This document shows positions 20,935 through 30,257 of a DNA stretch of 64,000 nucleotides, piece after piece. The notes beneath the pieces are model-generated. The model did no database searches and had not been told where the DNA came from. It saw only the letters and a program-made list of their open reading frames with translations. The position numbers and the translations under genes are program-made. This DNA is from Candidatus Uhrbacteria bacterium GW2011_GWE2_46_68. Lineage in GTDB: Bacteria; Patescibacteriota; Patescibacteriia; UBA9934; GWF2-40-263. The stretch spans positions 2,562 through 66,561 of the forward strand of contig LCMS01000005.1 of assembly GCA_001002765.1 (NCBI GenBank), in the 5' to 3' direction. Within the stretch, counting starts at the first letter, position 1. Every line of letters begins with the position of its first letter.

Positions 20935-21903
20935 TCAAATATAGATGGCAGCTTCTTCGGGGGACAGTGATCCGAGATTGGGACCATCAAAATCAAAGAC
21001 ACTGAGTGTGCATTGGTCTTTCACTGAAGGATCGTTGTGTGTATTGACAACAAGCCTGCTCCAATCTTGAGAGAAGCAGAATGAACATACAGATTGTACA
21101 AATCCTTCTATCCTTCCCTTTTCCTGCCAAGTATCTGTACTCCAGAACCTCAATGAACAATCTGATGATCCAGATGCAATCAGTTTTCCATCCGGAGAAA
21201 ACGCGACTCCATACACAATTGATCCGTGTTCAATAGATGCACACTGCTGCGCTGTTTCCACATCCCAGATTTTTACTGTGGTATCCTCTGATCCCGACGC
21301 CATCAGGTTTCCATCCGGAGAAAACGCAACAGTGTGAATGCGACTCTTGTGTCCAGTCAGTCTTTGTTTTACTTGTCTTGTGTGTATATCAATAATTATG
21401 ACCATGTCATCCGAGTATCCTATTGCCACGAACTGTCCGTTTGGAGAAAACACAGCGGATTCGACAGACCTTCCTCTTTTTATTTCTCCAATGTCCAGTA
21501 CTAATTCTTCTGTTAGGACATTCCAGATATAGGTTTGATATCCATCACCCGAACAAAAGACGCACGTTCCATCAGGAGAAAAAGCAACAATGCGACAGAG
21601 GGCTATCCTCTGTCCAAGAAGTTGAGGATCTCTATGAGGATCATTCAAAGAAAAAATCTTCGGCAGCGATTGATTTTCCCCAACAATCAAGAGGTTCCCA
21701 TTAGGAGAAAGCGCAAATGCCTCGACGGGAATAGAGAATATTCTTTGGTGACAACAGACTCCCGTTTCCCCATGCCAAAAGCGCATGAACTGATTTTCCC
21801 CCATAGACACAATTCGACGTCCATTGTTGGAAATTCTTACGGTGCGGACATAAGACTCATGACCGACAAAAAGTCTTTTCTGTTTGGGAACAGCAAAACT
21901 CAT
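20935..21903 (-). CDS. WD40 repeat protein
   Basis: LTGHKSRIHTVAFSPDGNLMASGSEDTTVKIWD and similar repeats; ATG 21903 after AAGGAGG. Confidence 0.95.
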   Translation of the reverse strand: MSFAVPKQKRLFVGHESYVRTVRISNNGRRIVSMGENQFMRFWHGETGVCCHQRIFSIPVEAFALSPNGNLLIVGENQSLPKIFSLNDPHRDPQLLGQRIALCRIVAFSPDGTCVFCSGDGYQTYIWNVLTEELVLDIGEIKRGRSVESAVFSPNGQFVAIGYSDDMVIIIDIHTRQVKQRLTGHKSRIHTVAFSPDGNLMASGSEDTTVKIWDVETAQQCASIEHGSIVYGVAFSPDGKLIASGSSDCSLRFWSTDTWQEKGRIEGFVQSVCSFCFSQDWSRLVVNTHNDPSVKDQCTLSVFDFDGPNLGSLSPEEAAIYI

Positions 21904-21913
21904 GAACCCTCCT

Positions 21914-21939
21914 TCCCACTTCGCCAAGGCTACGTGGGA
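21914..21939. repeat. Small REP-like palindrome inserted just upstream of the SD
   Basis: TCCCAC-ttc-GCC-aa-GGC-tac-GTGGGA; same core as 39610-39637. Confidence 0.65.
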
Positions 21940-21949
21940 TGTATGTTTT

Positions 21950-22029
21950 TTTGAATGAACGAAACCTTTCGGTGCTCTGCCGAGATTTTCAGCAGTGCGC
22001 AGAAAGGGGCGAGGACGTATTCCTCACCC
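21950..22029 (-). repeat. Structured intergenic repeat copy B
   Basis: Minus strand GGGTGAGGA..TCCTCGCCC, CCTTTC-TGC..CTGCTGA-aaatc-TCGGCAG..GCA-CC-GAAAGG, CGTTCATTCAAA. Confidence 0.8.
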
Positions 22030-22034
22030 TTGAT

Positions 22035-24674
22035 TTACATGAGACGCACCGGTCGTGCCGGAGGTGTCTTTGGAATCTTTTCTCCTCTCAATACTCGCTC
22101 ACAGTGAGTGGCAATCGTTTCGTATCCTTGCGGGAGCCAGCGGCGCGAACTCGTGTACTTGATGGCCGCAAGGGTCATCTTGGCGATCTGCTCTTGGGAA
22201 GCCGCAGGGAGGAAATCCCCAACCGCCTGATCGAAATCCGCTTCGCTCACAATCTCGCGCCCATCCTCAAGTGATCGCTGGGCCGCCAGTCGCACAATGA
22301 CCTCGATATCCGCACCAGACCATCCGTCTGTTGTTGCAGCCAATCTGCCGAAATCCGTTACGTCACTCTCATATCCATATCGCCGCAGCATCACAGGGAA
22401 CAAGTCACGACGCGTGGCATCATCGGGCATAAGAAGGGGGATACGTTCATCCGTACGTCCGGAGCGAATGAGTGCAGCGTCCAGTCGATCAGGCCGGTTA
22501 CTGCAGCTGATGACAAAGATCTTGCCGCGAATCTTTGGATCGGAAAGAAACTCCATCCATCCGCGACGCAGACGCGCCGATACACCGGAATCACCTTGAA
22601 ACGCATCACGTCCACTGTCTTCTTCATCCACTTCATCTCGCAAGACAACAATCGGAGCCAGGCTCCGCATAGCCGCAAACGTTTCTTCCATCTTACGCTC
22701 GGTTTCACCCACCCACATGGTGCGCACATTGCGAATCTTCACAAACAAGACGCCGCATTCGTGCGCGAACGCCTCGGCGATTGCGGTCTTTCCCGTTCCA
22801 GGGGGACCGATCAGGAGGCATCCCATGGGCACACGACGCGCATCACCGCTTTGAATCCAATCACGTACATGGGCAAAAAAGCTCTTGATGTGATCGAGTC
22901 CGGCGATTCCTTCAAATCCGTAAGCAGGATCCACAATGTCCATGAGATGACCATAGGTTCGCCGCAAGATTTTGATGCGGGCGGAGAGCACTTCTCCTGT
23001 TGTGACCACACGTTCGTCTGCTCGGGCAGACAAGAAAATTTCGAGCAGGTCTCGATAGCCGAGTCCTTGGCACAGTCGTGCGATTTCCTCAATGCCTTCT
23101 TTGGGCTTTGGGAATCGGGAAGGCACATCACCCTGTCGAGCCATTTCTTTCTCAAGTCGTTTGATCCATTGTTGCTTGGCAACAATATCCGCGTTCGACG
23201 GATTTTCGAATTGCTTTTCGAGTTCGGCGATTTCCATTTCGATATCCTTGCGTTCCTTTGCAAGTTGCTTGTCGAGAACGACGCGCAAAGCATCGCATTT
23301 CGCTACAGACTCATCATAAGCCTGCCTTGCACATACCACAGATTCAGACGGAGGGAAATTGCGAACATCGGTCTCAATCACTGAAATCTCATCGGCAAGT
23401 GTCTTTGCCTCATGTGATCCATAGGTCAAAACGGCTTGTGAAGTGGATTCTTTGCCACCGGGTTTTGCCGAAGCTCGCCGTGTCACTGATCTGTCCGCAT
23501 TCATCTTGATTCGAATCGGTTCTCCTTCCGTGCTCATAAATACTTCACCCGGGCGATCTGCGCGTTCCAGGGAAATTTCCCCGTTAGAGTAGATTTCCCA
23601 TACACGCATAGGTCGTCCAGCGTTGGTGGAGAGCCATCCGCCCTTTTTGATGGTTTTCCAGTTTTGCGGAGTGATGGCACCAAATTGCAGGGAAGGATCT
23701 TGATCACGCCTAACCTTCAAATCGAGCAATGCCTTTTGCGTTTCATTTGTTTCTCGTGCAATACGCAGGGCATCTTTGGCATTTTCCGCATGGAGTGTCA
23801 CAAAGAGTGCATGGGATTTGGCAAGCGCATCTTGCATCTGTGGATTTGCACCCAGATCCTGATCCATACGCGCGAGAATTTCGCGGCGTTTACCCATCTC
23901 AATTCGCAGTCGAGATTCTTCTTTGGAAATGAGAGCGGCATGTTCCAACTGCGACTGCCTGATTTGTTTTGCCAGATCATCACTTTCCGTAATACGCGCA
24001 AGAAACATCTTGCGTTCAGCCTCGGACGGCCGAGCGACACGGATGACCTTGAAGGGAGCATCGTGTCGACGCAGACGTTCATCAACTGCTTGGATTGCCG
24101 GAGTGCTCATGAGAATACGATGTCCGGCTGATCGAAACACAGGAGATCCCGCGAGTTGGATCAATGCCAAGCTGATCGTTGCCGATACACCCGCCATGGC
24201 ATTTCCCTCCGAGGATGGACAGAGCGCATCTGCATCCGGGAGGATCAATAGACAGGGGACAGGGGGCTTCTCTTGCGGGCATAGGGCGAGGACTTGTTGG
24301 AGAATCGGCAGGGCGGCTTGCGGGTTCCGCGGAAGATCCTGCTGCTGCATCATCTGCCTGCGTTGTTTGGCAATGGGATCGTTTACGTCCTGTTGTGTGC
24401 CTTGTGTTTTTTCAAAGATTTTTACGAATCGTTTGTGATCATCTTCACGCGGAAACGTGAAGCCACGTGCCACATCAAAGACCACGACCATTTCACCGTT
24501 TGCAAAAGCATCACAGACCACATCTTCCCAACGAAGCAAGACATCCATGTGCTCAAGTTCGGCCAGACACGGTCTGGGGAACCCATCACCCACAGAACCT
24601 ATACACAAAACAGCGGTTGCACCGCAGCGGAAACTCCGTTGTACGTCTTCAAGCCAGGACAGTGGAGTGTCCAT
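22035..24674 (-). CDS. AAA+ ATPase (Ycf46-like layout) with long coiled-coil insertion
   Basis: Walker A GPPGTGKT, Walker B LRDEVD, SRH SNRPDRLDAALIRSGRTD, GWSGADIE; ATG 24674 after GAGGT. Confidence 0.9.
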   Translation of the reverse strand: MDTPLSWLEDVQRSFRCGATAVLCIGSVGDGFPRPCLAELEHMDVLLRWEDVVCDAFANGEMVVVFDVARGFTFPREDDHKRFVKIFEKTQGTQQDVNDPIAKQRRQMMQQQDLPRNPQAALPILQQVLALCPQEKPPVPCLLILPDADALCPSSEGNAMAGVSATISLALIQLAGSPVFRSAGHRILMSTPAIQAVDERLRRHDAPFKVIRVARPSEAERKMFLARITESDDLAKQIRQSQLEHAALISKEESRLRIEMGKRREILARMDQDLGANPQMQDALAKSHALFVTLHAENAKDALRIARETNETQKALLDLKVRRDQDPSLQFGAITPQNWKTIKKGGWLSTNAGRPMRVWEIYSNGEISLERADRPGEVFMSTEGEPIRIKMNADRSVTRRASAKPGGKESTSQAVLTYGSHEAKTLADEISVIETDVRNFPPSESVVCARQAYDESVAKCDALRVVLDKQLAKERKDIEMEIAELEKQFENPSNADIVAKQQWIKRLEKEMARQGDVPSRFPKPKEGIEEIARLCQGLGYRDLLEIFLSARADERVVTTGEVLSARIKILRRTYGHLMDIVDPAYGFEGIAGLDHIKSFFAHVRDWIQSGDARRVPMGCLLIGPPGTGKTAIAEAFAHECGVLFVKIRNVRTMWVGETERKMEETFAAMRSLAPIVVLRDEVDEEDSGRDAFQGDSGVSARLRRGWMEFLSDPKIRGKIFVISCSNRPDRLDAALIRSGRTDERIPLLMPDDATRRDLFPVMLRRYGYESDVTDFGRLAATTDGWSGADIEVIVRLAAQRSLEDGREIVSEADFDQAVGDFLPAASQEQIAKMTLAAIKYTSSRRWLPQGYETIATHCERVLRGEKIPKTPPARPVRLM

Positions 24675-24706
24675 GAAAGACCTCGAGGTTAGGTTGTTGA
24701 GAGGAG

Positions 24707-24768
24707 TTGTAAAGAACAAAACCTTTCGGTGCACTTCCGAGTTTCCTCGGCAGCGCGCAGAAAGGGCG
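24707..24768 (-). repeat. Structured intergenic repeat copy C
   Basis: Minus strand CCTTTC-TGCGC..CCGAG-gaaa-CTCGG..GTGCA-CC-GAAAGG, TGTTCTTTACAA. Confidence 0.8.
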
Positions 24769-24771
24769 ATG

Positions 24772-25404
24772 TTAGCGTGACATCGCCGTGTGACCATCAA
24801 GCCCCATCAGGTTCAAGATAGCCAACGCTTTTGAGTAATCCGTAACCCCGGTTATTTGGACAGCTCGATTTTCATGCATTCTGACCTCGAGATGAGAACC
24901 GGAAAGATCATCCATACAGTACCGGTCGGTCAAAAGGTGAATCCTTTGGTTACCCGATCCTCGCAGAGGAAGACCTTCAGTGTGGTGACGGATTTGGAAC
25001 GGACCGTCGATCAACACATCAATATGTTGGAGCAGATTTTGTGTTCCCCTTGATGCACGTCGTCCTTCCAGGCGTCTGCGTGTATATCCTGACCAAGCCA
25101 AGGTGGATAGACCAAGGATGTGAACAGCCTCGCAGAGTTCGGACAAGACAATCGCCTGATCAAACGGTTCACCGCCGGAAATGCTGATCCCTTCAATTCC
25201 GTATTCTTCTTTGGCCTTTCGGATTTTTTGCAACATTCGCCACAGAGCGATATCAGCTTTTGGATCTTGATCCAGGTAGAAGGGGGAGATGCATCCCGGG
25301 CAGCGAATCCTGCAGCCACGCACCCATAGGCAGGCCCGAAGGCCCGGTCCCATGGCACGCGTTGCCGGTTCGAAGTGCCCAAGATTGATCGTCTTTTTTC
25401 CCAT
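24772..25404 (-). CDS. Radical SAM protein, NrdG/activating-enzyme-like
   Basis: GPGLR..WVRGCRIRCPGC (CxxxCxxC), SGGEPF, DVLIDGPF, RGSGNQR. Confidence 0.93.
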   Translation of the reverse strand: MGKKTINLGHFEPATRAMGPGLRACLWVRGCRIRCPGCISPFYLDQDPKADIALWRMLQKIRKAKEEYGIEGISISGGEPFDQAIVLSELCEAVHILGLSTLAWSGYTRRRLEGRRASRGTQNLLQHIDVLIDGPFQIRHHTEGLPLRGSGNQRIHLLTDRYCMDDLSGSHLEVRMHENRAVQITGVTDYSKALAILNLMGLDGHTAMSR

Positions 25405-25409
25405 GGCGT

Positions 25410-25625
25410 CTAGTTCTTTGCTCGGGCAGGAGCGTTTGGAATCGCCTGCGGGATTCCGGGGTCTTCGGAGCGTTCGTCCATCTCTTCGATGCCGGCGCCT
25501 AAAAGATCCAAGATGACCTTCATTCGTTCTGCGACTGCACGGCAGCCGGGACCAGGAGGGATGTCCACATCCACATTGCTTCGACCGCTTTTGGGATCAA
25601 TGATGACCGTGATGCGGCGGCTCAT
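25410..25625 (-). CDS. Small protein, DUF2997-like
   Basis: 71 aa: ITVIIDPKSG..VDV..GPGC..LDLLG; SD GAGGAGG; family call from memory. Confidence 0.6.
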   Translation of the reverse strand: MSRRITVIIDPKSGRSNVDVDIPPGPGCRAVAERMKVILDLLGAGIEEMDERSEDPGIPQAIPNAPARAKN

Positions 25626-25626
25626 A

Positions 25627-26145
25627 TCAGACCTCCTCACGCAGATTGGTGGAGAGGATGACAAGGCCGTTACTGGTCGTTTGCTCGGTTGGCGTTCCGC
25701 CGATCAGTTGGAGCATGGCCTTGTACGCTTCGATTCGGTAGGCATCTTCCAATACCTTGGTCATTTGCTCGAGCTTGTGTGATCCTCTTTCCATTGCGTA
25801 TCCGTTCCAAAACAGAAGCAAAGTTGTTCCATCAAGCGCAACACCCAGTTGAACATCTCCTGATTGGAGCACACCTACACAAGTTCCATTGGGAGGGGCG
25901 CCACTTGCTGTCTGATAACTGGTGCTGTTGTCGTGGGAATCCTTGATTCTGCAGTTGTTGATCTTTGCTGCCGCTCGAGCGATGGCGCGCTTGGCCACTT
26001 CTTTTCGGATTGTCGACCAGTTGAGTCCTCGCAATTGACGTGCGAGCGCAGGGTCGGTCCTTTCAAGTTTCCTAAGTACATCATCCACACTGTCGCCTTG
26101 ATGCGAGAGCGTTTTTTGATGAAGTACATTCCAGTGTTGGCTCAT
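25627..26145 (-). CDS. Hypothetical protein, possibly DUF1257/Ycf35-like
   Basis: 172 aa, SD GGAGGT, first gene of the operon; family call rests mostly on gene context. Confidence 0.55.
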   Translation of the reverse strand: MSQHWNVLHQKTLSHQGDSVDDVLRKLERTDPALARQLRGLNWSTIRKEVAKRAIARAAAKINNCRIKDSHDNSTSYQTASGAPPNGTCVGVLQSGDVQLGVALDGTTLLLFWNGYAMERGSHKLEQMTKVLEDAYRIEAYKAMLQLIGGTPTEQTTSNGLVILSTNLREEV

Positions 26146-26173
26146 AAGACCTCCATATGTGGGGGTTTGGGGG

Positions 26174-26240
26174 GTAAAGAACTGCGTTCCGCCTATGAGG
26201 GAGAACGCAATTTTTTATCAAAAAATAGCCAAAAAGTCAA
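26174..26240 (-). promoter_or_regulatory. Putative promoter + leader hairpin + boxA-like motif of the accessory operon
   Basis: TTGACT-17 nt-TAAAAA (TG extended), hairpin TGCGTTC/GAACGCA, then GTTCTTTAC. Confidence 0.45.
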
Positions 26241-26386
26241 CGATTCTGCCTGTCTTTTGTGCCCTTTTAGACCTCATCAAAATGAACAAGAGAAAAATCG
26301 TTATTTTTCCCCAGTTTTTTGAGATTTTTCATTGCCCGTTCCCTTGGTTTGCGATACCATAAGAACGTTATTCTTTACGTATTTTT

Positions 26387-27685
26387 ATGCCCAAATCATC
26401 GGTTTCCACGATCGGATCCTTTCTTGGTCAGACTGTGACGCTTTCCGGTTGGGCATATAATTTTCGCTCAAGCGGAAAGATTTTTTTCTTGCAGTTTCGC
26501 GATGGTACTGGTCGCATCCAGGTAGTCTATTCCAAATCCCAGTTGTCGGAGGATCAATGGGCGGCTTTGGAATCGTTAAAAATGGAGTCCTCGGTTACGA
26601 TTACAGGAGTAGTTAAACAAGACGATCGTGCTCCATCTGGTTATGAAATTGATGGCGCGGCGTTTTCTATTATTCAACTTGCTCCGGACGATTATCCTAT
26701 TTCCAAGAAAGATCATGGACCTGATTTTCTTTTGGATCATCGCCATTTGTGGTTGCGCTCCGAACGCCAATGGGCCATTCAACGCGTGCGCGATACGATC
26801 ATTCACGCTACCTATGACTTCATGCGCGAGGAAGGATTTATAAAATTCGATTCCCCGATTTTGACACCCAATGCCTGTGAGGGAACCACCGAGCTTTTTG
26901 AAATGGATTATTTTGAAGAAGCAAAGGCGTACCTCTCTCAATCAGGACAGCTTTATTTGGAAGCGGGGATCATGAGCTTTGGTCGCGTGTTTGATTTTGG
27001 TCCTGTGTTTCGTGCCGAGAAATCCAAGACACGTCGTCATTTGACCGAGTTTTGGATGATGGATGCGGAGGCCGCATTTGTGGAGCACGAAGAAAACATG
27101 CAAACACAAGAAGCCTTAGTCGTTCGCATTGTTCAAGATGTGCTTGCAAAAAATCGCGGAGAGTTGGCTTTGTTGGAACGGGATGTTTCCGCTTTGGAAA
27201 AAATACAAGCCCCGTTTGTTCATCTCACCCACAAAGATGCTGTCGTGAGACTGCGTGAGCTTGGAAGTGATATTGGAGAACGTGATGATTTGGGTGCGGA
27301 CGACGAGACTTTGTTGACGAAGCTTTATGATCGTCCGATTTTTGTGGAAAAATATCCTTCCGAGGTGAAAGCGTTTTATATGAAGCGAGATCCTGTGGAA
27401 ACAGATCGCGTGCTTGGAAATGATCTTTTGGCTCCGGAAGGATATGGAGAAATCATCGGCGGCAGTCAGCGCGAGGATGATTATGAAATTTTAAAACAAC
27501 GCATTATAGATCACGGATTACCTTTGGAACCTTTTGCTTGGTATCTTGATTTGCGCAAATACGGATCCGTTCCTCATGCAGGATTTGGGTATGGACTTGA
27601 GCGCATTGTCGGATGGATTTGCGGGACCCAACATATTCGCGAGACCATTCCATTTCCTCGCCTTATCAATCGTTTGACACCTTAA
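26387..27685 (+). CDS. asnS: Asparagine--tRNA ligase
   Basis: OB-fold N-terminus, YLSQSGQLYLE, FRAEKSKTRRHLTEFWM, GEIIGGSQRE, PHAGFGYGLER. Confidence 0.95.
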   Translation: MPKSSVSTIGSFLGQTVTLSGWAYNFRSSGKIFFLQFRDGTGRIQVVYSKSQLSEDQWAALESLKMESSVTITGVVKQDDRAPSGYEIDGAAFSIIQLAPDDYPISKKDHGPDFLLDHRHLWLRSERQWAIQRVRDTIIHATYDFMREEGFIKFDSPILTPNACEGTTELFEMDYFEEAKAYLSQSGQLYLEAGIMSFGRVFDFGPVFRAEKSKTRRHLTEFWMMDAEAAFVEHEENMQTQEALVVRIVQDVLAKNRGELALLERDVSALEKIQAPFVHLTHKDAVVRLRELGSDIGERDDLGADDETLLTKLYDRPIFVEKYPSEVKAFYMKRDPVETDRVLGNDLLAPEGYGEIIGGSQREDDYEILKQRIIDHGLPLEPFAWYLDLRKYGSVPHAGFGYGLERIVGWICGTQHIRETIPFPRLINRLTP

Positions 27686-27695
27686 GCGTATTGTT

Positions 27696-29009
27696 ATGAA
27701 AGAACGTTTTTTTGTCCGTGAACTCCCGGAACACTTAGGTCAAGAAGTCGTGGTTGCCGGTTGGTTGCATCGTCTGCGGGATCTCAATAAATTCGGATTT
27801 GCTATTCTTCGAGATCGTACCGGACTTGTGCAAGTGGTTTTGGATTCGACACAACTCGAGCAACTTAAAGGATTGCAACTGGAGACTGTGCTTAAAATCA
27901 CCGGAACGGTTGTGAAAAAACAAAGTAAGGATCCGCAGGCAGAAGAGGTGGAAGTGCAGGCAAAGATCATGGAAGTACTGTCTCCTGTCACTGATGTGCT
28001 TCCCATTGAAATCAACAAAGATGATGTGGAGGCACAGTTGGATTCTATTTTGGATCATCGTGTGACTACGCTTCGTAATCTCAAACAGCGTGCGATTTTT
28101 CGTGTGCAAGCAGCGTTGGTTCATGGATATCGCGCGTATATGGAGCGCCAAGGATTTACCGAGATTTTTTTTCCTGTTTTGGCCGGAGCGGCGAGCGAAG
28201 GTGGAGCAGAATTTTTTAAAGTGGATTATTACGGGCGTGAAGCCATGCTGACTCAGTCCGCACAGCTTTATAAACAAATGATGGTGGGAGTGTATGAGGG
28301 AGTGTATGGGCTTTCGTATTCGTTTCGTGCGGAAAAATTCGCCACTTCGCGGCACCTGACCGAGTTTAATCAATTTGAGTTTGAAGTGGGATTTGTTGAT
28401 GGGATGGAAGATATTATGGCGTATGCGGAAGCTTCATTGCGCGAAATGTTGGCAACCGTGGAGCGTGAAAATACATCTGAGCTCAAACTTTTGAACGTGA
28501 CTCTTCCTCCTTTGGGCGAACATTTTCCATGTGTGCGATTAAAAGAAGCTTTGCAGTTTTATAAAGAGGGGACTGGGATTGATGAGACAAAAGAACCCGA
28601 TCTTTCCCCTGCAGCGGAAAAATGGTTGTCTACCGTATGGGCGCCGCACACACATGGATCCGGATTTGTTTTTGTAACGCATTACCCAACATCCAAACGC
28701 CCGTTTTACACGGCGGTTGATCCGCAAAATTCCGAGGAGACCTTGAGTTTTGATTTGATTGGATTTGGTAGTGAAATTATTTCCGGAGGTTTGCGTGTGC
28801 ATCGGTACGATGAACAAGTGGCGCGATTGAAAGCGAAAGGATTAAATCCGGCCGATTTTGAAGATTATCTGGCCATGCACAAATACGGTATTCCTCCTGA
28901 GGGGGGATTTGGCATGGGGCTTCAGCGTTTGACACAAAATATTTTGGGATTAGCCAATATCAAGGAGGCGACGATTTTTCCTCGCGATGTCCAGCGCCTG
29001 CGGCCGTAA
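27696..29009 (+). CDS. aspS: Aspartate--tRNA ligase, short archaeal/non-discriminating-like type
   Basis: 437 aa, QSAQLYKQMM, FRAEK, EIISGG.R.H, YGIPPEGGFGMGLQR, FPRD. Confidence 0.88.
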   Translation: MKERFFVRELPEHLGQEVVVAGWLHRLRDLNKFGFAILRDRTGLVQVVLDSTQLEQLKGLQLETVLKITGTVVKKQSKDPQAEEVEVQAKIMEVLSPVTDVLPIEINKDDVEAQLDSILDHRVTTLRNLKQRAIFRVQAALVHGYRAYMERQGFTEIFFPVLAGAASEGGAEFFKVDYYGREAMLTQSAQLYKQMMVGVYEGVYGLSYSFRAEKFATSRHLTEFNQFEFEVGFVDGMEDIMAYAEASLREMLATVERENTSELKLLNVTLPPLGEHFPCVRLKEALQFYKEGTGIDETKEPDLSPAAEKWLSTVWAPHTHGSGFVFVTHYPTSKRPFYTAVDPQNSEETLSFDLIGFGSEIISGGLRVHRYDEQVARLKAKGLNPADFEDYLAMHKYGIPPEGGFGMGLQRLTQNILGLANIKEATIFPRDVQRLRP

Positions 29010-29018
29010 AAAAGCATT

Positions 29019-29714
29019 ATGGCTTTTGAAGTGAAACTTCCACAGTATTCCGGGCCCCTTCATGCCCTTCTTGATTTGATTACTCAGGAAAAACTTCCCA
29101 TTACCGAGGTTTCTTTGGCACAAGTTGCCGATACGTATGTCGCCTATGTGCAAGCGCAATCCGTTTCTCCCGAGGAGCTTGCGGATTTTCTCCTGATCGC
29201 GGCCAAGTTGCTCTATCTCAAGTCCCGTACCATTCTTCCCGATCTCCCCTGCGAAGCGGAAGAAGACCCTGGCGATTTAGTACGACAGTTAAAGATGTAT
29301 GAAGCATTTATCATCGCGTCCAAGGCTTTGGAAAAAATTTACCAATCTTCTTTACGTTCATTTGAACACATACGCATCCCATCCGTTATAGCATCGGATT
29401 TTTTTCCTCCTCCTTCGGTCACCTCATCAACCTTTATCCACGTCTACCAGCGATTACAAAAACGATTGGAACCCTGGTTGCGTTTGCGACGCGCTTCTTT
29501 GGAACGTATTGTTTCCGTTAAAGAACGCATTACTCATCTTCAAAATTTGTTGAAAGAGCGCGCGCGATTTTCTTTTGGAGACATGATGAAAGGTGCGACA
29601 AAAACCGATGTGGTCGTGAGCTTCCTTGCACTTTTGGAAATGCTGCGAGAGAAAACCGTTCACGTCACGCAACAGGATCCTTTTTGTGACATTGTGATTA
29701 AACGTTCGTCATAA
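29019..29714 (+). CDS. scpA: Segregation and condensation protein A
   Basis: YSGPLHALLDLI, ADFLLIAAKLLYLKSR, VVSFLALLEM. Confidence 0.93.
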   Translation: MAFEVKLPQYSGPLHALLDLITQEKLPITEVSLAQVADTYVAYVQAQSVSPEELADFLLIAAKLLYLKSRTILPDLPCEAEEDPGDLVRQLKMYEAFIIASKALEKIYQSSLRSFEHIRIPSVIASDFFPPPSVTSSTFIHVYQRLQKRLEPWLRLRRASLERIVSVKERITHLQNLLKERARFSFGDMMKGATKTDVVVSFLALLEMLREKTVHVTQQDPFCDIVIKRSS

Positions 29715-29716
29715 AT

Positions 29717-30253
29717 ATGCTCACACGTACGATTGAGGCTCTCTTGTTTGCATCAGGAAAACCCATTGCTTTGACCACTCTTTCTAAACTTCTTCATATT
29801 TCCGCAGGAGAAGTGCAAGAAGCGCTCAAACAATTAAGTGAAATGCGCAATATTGATGCTTCAGGCATTCACATTTTGATACACGATGGAAAAGCACAGT
29901 ACGTGACTCATCCGCAAGAAGGGGAGATTGTGCAATCATTTTTGAAAGAAGAAGTGAGTGGGGAATTGACCCAACCTTCTTTGGAAACACTCACCATCAT
30001 TGCGTATCGCGGGCCGATCACCAAACCGGAAATAGAGCAGATTCGTGGTGTGAATTGTAGTTTGATTTTACGCAATCTTTTGATACGCGGACTTATCGAA
30101 GAAAAAGAAGACAAACAACGCTTACAAAACACCTACACCATTTCTTTTGATTTTCTTCGACATTTGGGAGCGGATCGTGTAGAAGAGTTGCCACAATATT
30201 CTGATCTGCATACCGATGAGGTTGTCGGACAATTGATCCAAGAAACTTTTTAG
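29717..30253 (+). CDS. scpB: Segregation and condensation protein B
   Basis: IEALLFASG, SLETLTIIAYRGPITKPEIEQIRGVN. Confidence 0.96.
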   Translation: MLTRTIEALLFASGKPIALTTLSKLLHISAGEVQEALKQLSEMRNIDASGIHILIHDGKAQYVTHPQEGEIVQSFLKEEVSGELTQPSLETLTIIAYRGPITKPEIEQIRGVNCSLILRNLLIRGLIEEKEDKQRLQNTYTISFDFLRHLGADRVEELPQYSDLHTDEVVGQLIQETF

Positions 30254-30257
30254 CCTT

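Noticed and set aside
20839-24768. Intergenic repeats as a CRISPR array, glycine riboswitch or hammerhead ribozyme
   Set aside because: Copies are kb apart with whole genes between them. CACCGAAAGG only superficially resembles the glycine aptamer, and there is no CUGANGA core.
20839-24778. Intergenic repeats as integron attC sites
   Set aside because: Only copy C has a TAAC at the upstream stop. There is no complementary GTTRRRY end, copies A and B lack the R'' box, and no integrase is visible.
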